64,000 bases of DNA from Fidelibacterota bacterium (GTDB lineage: Bacteria > Fidelibacterota > Marinisomatia > Marinisomatales > TCS55): NCBI GenBank assembly GCA_027251445.1, contig JAPNQO010000084.1:1-64000 (forward strand), given 5' to 3'. Shown piece by piece: positions 59,405-64,000 of the stretch. The translations under genes and the position numbers were made by a program. Below the pieces are notes generated by a model that was given only the letters and a program-made list of their open reading frames with translations, was not told where the DNA came from and searched no databases. Position 1 is the first letter of the stretch. Every line of letters begins with the position of its first letter.

Positions 59405-62400
59405 TTAATAAATAAAATCTTTTGAACTTTTCTAGAATTTAAGGCGTCTAGAACTACAAAGTACGTTCCTGATGAAACTGATTTTCCAAATCTATCTTGT
59501 CCTTGCCATTGAATATTGTATTTCCCAGCATACTTATTTTCATTTATTAAAATATCTATCTCATTTCCTAAGATATCATAAATAGAAATTTTTACATCTG
59601 ATATTTTGGGCAATTGATAACTAATAGTTGTTGAAGGATTAAAAGGGTTTGGATATGCTGGAAGCATTTGAAAACCACTAGGTAAATTACTATCATCTTT
59701 AGATGATAAAGGAGAAACATAGTTTATTGGAGATTCTGTTGTAAATCGAATAGAACGTTCATTTTGAACTTGAGCTGCTCCTGGACTATAAATATTATTA
59801 AAGGCATATTGAATACCTTCATTTTTTGTATGATCTTCAATTCCAATAGTTGAATAGTTTTTATCTGCATCTATATCAGCAATATCAAGATAATGAAATT
59901 CAATTACTCCATCACCGCTTTCTGTAGGAATAGCCTGTTGATTATACAAATAAATCGCAAAAGTCTCTTCGGTGATTTCATCAAAACCATTTAATGCTCT
60001 AGACCATTCAATAATAAACCTTCCATTGTTTTGTTCATATTTTGTAAAGACTTTTATTGAGTCTTCATTTATTACTTCTAAATCATCCCAAAAAGGTGCT
60101 AAAACTGCTTTCGGACCTAAAGCCATTGGTATAGTATAATTATAGAAATAATCAATATCACAAGGTATAAATGAAGCCCATCCATTGGAATTAATTGTCA
60201 ACTGATCATATGTTTGATTAAAATATTTAAATTCAAATGGCAGCTGCACCGTTATATGATCATCATCATCTAATTTATATTCAGAGGCTCCACTTCCACC
60301 ATACATGGGGTCTAATTCAACCCAATCAAATACAGGTGCTTGAATATAGTTTGTATCAGTATCATCATATGCCCAATAGCCATACCATGTTGGGGCAATT
60401 GGCTGATTATCATTTGATAATGAACTGAAATCTTTTTGTTCAGAGTGAACTATGATTGTATCTTTTTTTATAGATAATTGATAGCTTAGAGAACTACCAG
60501 GAGAAACATTCCCAATTTCAAATTCATAATTCATATTATTTAATTCTAAATTAGAATACGGGCTAATTGAGAAATAATCTCTTCCATTCATAAAAATTGA
60601 TAGTGAATCATCTAGCGATACTAGTTCTAGAAATAGGCTATCTAAATCTGTATTTGAATAATTGTTAATTAATACTGATAAATCAGTATTGGAATCATTA
60701 GATAATTCATCACTATTCAAATCTGTAATTAAAATCAATGGTTTGATAGGTATGGCGCAATTAAAATTCCAATCATGCGAATCAATACTTACGTTTATAA
60801 AAATATTTTCTTTATTTGTTGAATTTGCTCGCAATCTTATCGGCGTGTTACTTGAAGCAGATTGCCCAGGATCAAGAGCGGGGATTTCAAAATTTGATGA
60901 TATTATCTGACAGTTTTCTACTAAATGACTATTTACGTATCCATCAATTGAAGGAATAGCGGATGAACCTTGATTCATAAATATTGGATATATATTAGTT
61001 ATTTCTCCAATATTTAAATGATTCTCATTCAACTGATCTAATTCATAACCAATTAAAACTAATTCAGATTGATCATCGCTAACCTCTAACTCTATTTTAC
61101 CTTGAACAAAGCCACTTTTATTAGCATAAATATCTATTATGGATACACCCTCCAAATTAATAGTAGCTTGAAGTTTTCCATATAAATCAGAATTACCTTT
61201 AAATACAATACTATCATTAACCATTAACGATAGGATTGCATTGTTAACAGGATCACCCTCATCTGTAAATACTGATAATTCAATAAAACCATCCTTATTT
61301 GAACAGTCCTCTGCAATTATAGAAAATTCACTAGGCCTAGATAGATACATTGAGACAGAAGGATCCCCAACAATATTATAAACATGAAAATAAAACTCTT
61401 GAGCTTCCTCTGCACCATCTAGATTAGGAAACTCTCTAGTTAAACCCATCAGACCAGCGTTCATAGCAGGGCCTAGTTCTACTATGTTATCATCAAACAT
61501 TGCATCAAACATATATGCATTAATTACATTGTTAAATTTTGTGCTGGTGTGTAGATCAGAAGGACCAACTATAGCTATTCCTCCTTTTGGGTTTGAAGGT
61601 GTGCCAGCCCTGACCAATGCTTCACCAAGACAGGGGTCTACATTATTAGCAAAATCATTAGAATTGCAAACAAAGCTAGTAAATATTGGAGTCATCCATC
61701 CGTTATTAAGTGAAACAACATCTCCTACATGAAATTCTGGATAGTGCCATCCGTTTGCATCACCCCAACCTCGGTAATTGACAATACCAACTCCATTATT
61801 AATATAATTTTGTATTAATGATGCTCCTTGTTGGATAGGCGGATAGAATACGGTATCTACAGAAGAATAACCATTATCATATAATAGATCTCGCACCCAA
61901 TAAGATGTCCATTTGGGTGTTATAGGTATTGGTACTGTATTACTATAGTTTCCGGCAACAACAAGTGCCTTATCTAGCCAATCGGAGTTTGTTAATAAAG
62001 GTTGACGGTGATAATTGATCGTTTTACGAATCATGACGACTAATTCAGAAATTGAATCAATTGAAAAACGTCCTATAAATACATCAGGGAAAAAATCATC
62101 ACCAAAAATATGAGTATATTTTTGATCAGTTACATCATTTTCAGGCCCGTAATAAAATGAAGGCATAGTAGCTACACCATCTATATCTCCAATTAACAGT
62201 ACATATTCCAGCATAGGATCTTCAAGAATAATATTTTCTATAAGTTGTTTTATTTCCGTTGCAGTAGGCCCTGTATCCGAAAGAGTTTTTAAATAAACAT
62301 CAAATCCCTGTGATTTTTTAAATGATATAAGCTCACCGAGATGATCTATCATATTATCAGGAGTAATAATCAGATATGATCCACGTTGAGCATTGAGTTG

Positions 62401-62553
62401 ACTAATAGGAATATTGTAGTGCTCTGAGATGTAATTTGCATATGATATGGGAATTGAACTACTTAGTATTTCATTTAGATTTTTTCCTCTAAATGACCCC
62501 TCATTTGCAAATACAAATGTAATTAATAATATTATGGCTTTAGCAATATACAT
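59401..62553 (-). CDS. C25 (gingipain-like) peptidase family protein with T9SS/FlgD-type CTD
   Basis: YLIIT, K-x-x-x-G, YVLLIGD, D-x-x-Y, PD-x-x-IGR, NYRG-x-G, GDP and YPNPFNP. Confidence 0.88.
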   Translation of the reverse strand: MYIAKAIILLITFVFANEGSFRGKNLNEILSSSIPISYANYISEHYNIPISQLNAQRGSYLIITPDNMIDHLGELISFKKSQGFDVYLKTLSDTGPTATEIKQLIENIILEDPMLEYVLLIGDIDGVATMPSFYYGPENDVTDQKYTHIFGDDFFPDVFIGRFSIDSISELVVMIRKTINYHRQPLLTNSDWLDKALVVAGNYSNTVPIPITPKWTSYWVRDLLYDNGYSSVDTVFYPPIQQGASLIQNYINNGVGIVNYRGWGDANGWHYPEFHVGDVVSLNNGWMTPIFTSFVCNSNDFANNVDPCLGEALVRAGTPSNPKGGIAIVGPSDLHTSTKFNNVINAYMFDAMFDDNIVELGPAMNAGLMGLTREFPNLDGAEEAQEFYFHVYNIVGDPSVSMYLSRPSEFSIIAEDCSNKDGFIELSVFTDEGDPVNNAILSLMVNDSIVFKGNSDLYGKLQATINLEGVSIIDIYANKSGFVQGKIELEVSDDQSELVLIGYELDQLNENHLNIGEITNIYPIFMNQGSSAIPSIDGYVNSHLVENCQIISSNFEIPALDPGQSASSNTPIRLRANSTNKENIFINVSIDSHDWNFNCAIPIKPLILITDLNSDELSNDSNTDLSVLINNYSNTDLDSLFLELVSLDDSLSIFMNGRDYFSISPYSNLELNNMNYEFEIGNVSPGSSLSYQLSIKKDTIIVHSEQKDFSSLSNDNQPIAPTWYGYWAYDDTDTNYIQAPVFDWVELDPMYGGSGASEYKLDDDDHITVQLPFEFKYFNQTYDQLTINSNGWASFIPCDIDYFYNYTIPMALGPKAVLAPFWDDLEVINEDSIKVFTKYEQNNGRFIIEWSRALNGFDEITEETFAIYLYNQQAIPTESGDGVIEFHYLDIADIDADKNYSTIGIEDHTKNEGIQYAFNNIYSPGAAQVQNERSIRFTTESPINYVSPLSSKDDSNLPSGFQMLPAYPNPFNPSTTISYQLPKISDVKISIYDILGNEIDILINENKYAGKYNIQWQGQDRFGKSVSSGTYFVVLDALNSRKVQKILFIK

Positions 62554-64000
62554 TTTTTATATAAGATTTCATTCTGGGTAACAATTTTAATAAAATACAC
62601 ACCAGATACTGGAGTTTTTTGATAACTATCCAAAAAGTTATAACGCCAAATTTTCTTCTGATTATATTGGGGAAGAATTTCTCCGGAATAGACCTCTTGA
62701 CCAAGCAAATTATAAACATTAATAGAAGTTGGTGAAGAAAAATTTAAAAAATCAATATTTATCATTCCATTTGACGGATTGGGATAAATTTCACTTACAG
62801 ATATTTTTGAAGTGTTTTGGTTTAAGGGTGATTGTTCAATTATAGAACCCAAGGTAGAGTTATCCCCTGAAAATAACTTCATATCATATATATTGTAACC
62901 TCTATAATTAATAGTTATATCTCGCTTAAATTCAAGTAAAACTTTAATATTACTAATGCCATTGGTATCTATAGCTACCAATCTATGTCTAGAGCCTTGA
63001 TCCCATTGATGTCCGGTAAGAAAAGCTTGGTTTATAATGTTATCTGTTGAATCCATAAGGGTAATACCAATTGAATCATTATCCCATTCTAACTCCCACC
63101 GATGATCAATTCTTAATACAATCATTTTCATTGGTTCAGAGAAAGAATATAGTTCAGTTTCAAGTACAAAAATGGAGTCTAGTGAATCTGCATTAGCATA
63201 GAATAATCCATTCTGAGATCTAATGATATTATTTTCGAAGACCCATGGCCCTTCGATTATGTTAAAAGATGAATTATCAATTATTGGATAACCATATATA
63301 TTTTGAACCTGTAATGGCTCATACATTTCTATATTCAACTCAAGGTCACTATCAATAGTAATTTCTTGATACCATGGCATAAGAAAATCCCAAAATAATG
63401 TAAATTCCCATTCACCTTGTGGAACTTGAAGGATATGATTATGAGAAAAGTCCATTTGAATAGTATCTGATATATCTGAGTTTTCTATTACTAAAAAAGG
63501 GTTTTCTTCTAACACAACAGGATATTGGAAAGAAGAAATATTTATTTCTAGGTTATACAATGGTATTGGCGTCATAGTTACATTTTGTACTGTAGGAGAA
63601 CTGGGGTTAGCTGTAATATTAAAATTCAATGGGAAATAACCATTCTTTCTATAAGTAAGGTTATATGTCCCTGATTCAACAATCCTGCGATATCGACCAA
63701 ATTCATCACTTCTACGGGGCTTTTGTACTCCACTGTGCAATTCTTGAATCGTAACAACTACATCCTCAAGAGGATTTCCGTTTCCTCCATCTGTTATAAC
63801 ACCAGTTATTTGACAAGCATCTGTATTATAACCAATAGATCTATCTAATAAAAATAACATCCCTGGCATTATACGATCAATGGTATCTTCAACTAATGCA
63901 CTATCTGGCTGTAAGTTTGATGTTCCACATTCTACAAGATATTGGAATGTACCAGTTGCATGATAAAACCAATCATGAGCTTTACCATTTCTCGATTGAC
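62532..64000 (-). CDS. M14 zinc carboxypeptidase with regulatory-like domain and T9SS-type CTD (5' end outside the window)
   Basis: Frame stays open to the window edge: G-K-A-H-DWFY...G-TFQYLVE (M14 catalytic Glu region), then ITGVITD...PL and YPNPSNG. Confidence 0.8.
   Translation of the reverse strand, partial: QSRNGKAHDWFYHATGTFQYLVECGTSNLQPDSALVEDTIDRIMPGMLFLLDRSIGYNTDACQITGVITDGGNGNPLEDVVVTIQELHSGVQKPRRSDEFGRYRRIVESGTYNLTYRKNGYFPLNFNITANPSSPTVQNVTMTPIPLYNLEINISSFQYPVVLEENPFLVIENSDISDTIQMDFSHNHILQVPQGEWEFTLFWDFLMPWYQEITIDSDLELNIEMYEPLQVQNIYGYPIIDNSSFNIIEGPWVFENNIIRSQNGLFYANADSLDSIFVLETELYSFSEPMKMIVLRIDHRWELEWDNDSIGITLMDSTDNIINQAFLTGHQWDQGSRHRLVAIDTNGISNIKVLLEFKRDITINYRGYNIYDMKLFSGDNSTLGSIIEQSPLNQNTSKISVSEIYPNPSNGMINIDFLNFSSPTSINVYNLLGQEVYSGEILPQYNQKKIWRYNFLDSYQKTPVSGVYFIKIVTQNEILYKKCILLKP

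Overview
AT-rich, densely packed bacterial chromosome segment with almost all genes on the minus strand and many 1-4 nt stop/start overlaps. The gene content (UpxY, T9SS/FlgD-type C-terminal domains, C25 peptidase, long IspG, Gram-negative LPS genes, SMC) suggests an FCB-superphylum organism, most plausibly a marine Marinimicrobia-like lineage; this is inference, not a database result. Positions 1-51 kb are mostly housekeeping genes: ddl, gmhB, ftsK, gcvT, ruvAC, smc, folBK, groESL with a perfect CIRCE, dut, ispG, rimO, ftsY, waaA, tatC, meaB, rpsT, guaB, hutH, dinG and alaS. Positions 51-64 kb hold a cluster of secreted proteins carrying 'YPNP(F)N' sorting domains: an LVIVD protein, a gluzincin metalloprotease, a C25 gingipain-like protein and an M14 carboxypeptidase. 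I saw no rRNA, tRNA, CRISPR array or mobile element. The most interesting leads are: (1) a stand-alone lipoprotein resembling a protease pro-domain (Asp in the Cys-switch position), translationally coupled to a secreted metalloprotease; (2) a gingipain-like protein with Trp at the catalytic His position; (3) a dUTPase closely resembling the Plasmodium/apicomplexan type; (4) a degenerate UbiA-like protein paired with a geranylgeranyl reductase; (5) a UpxY gene and two small ORFs missed by the ORF track.
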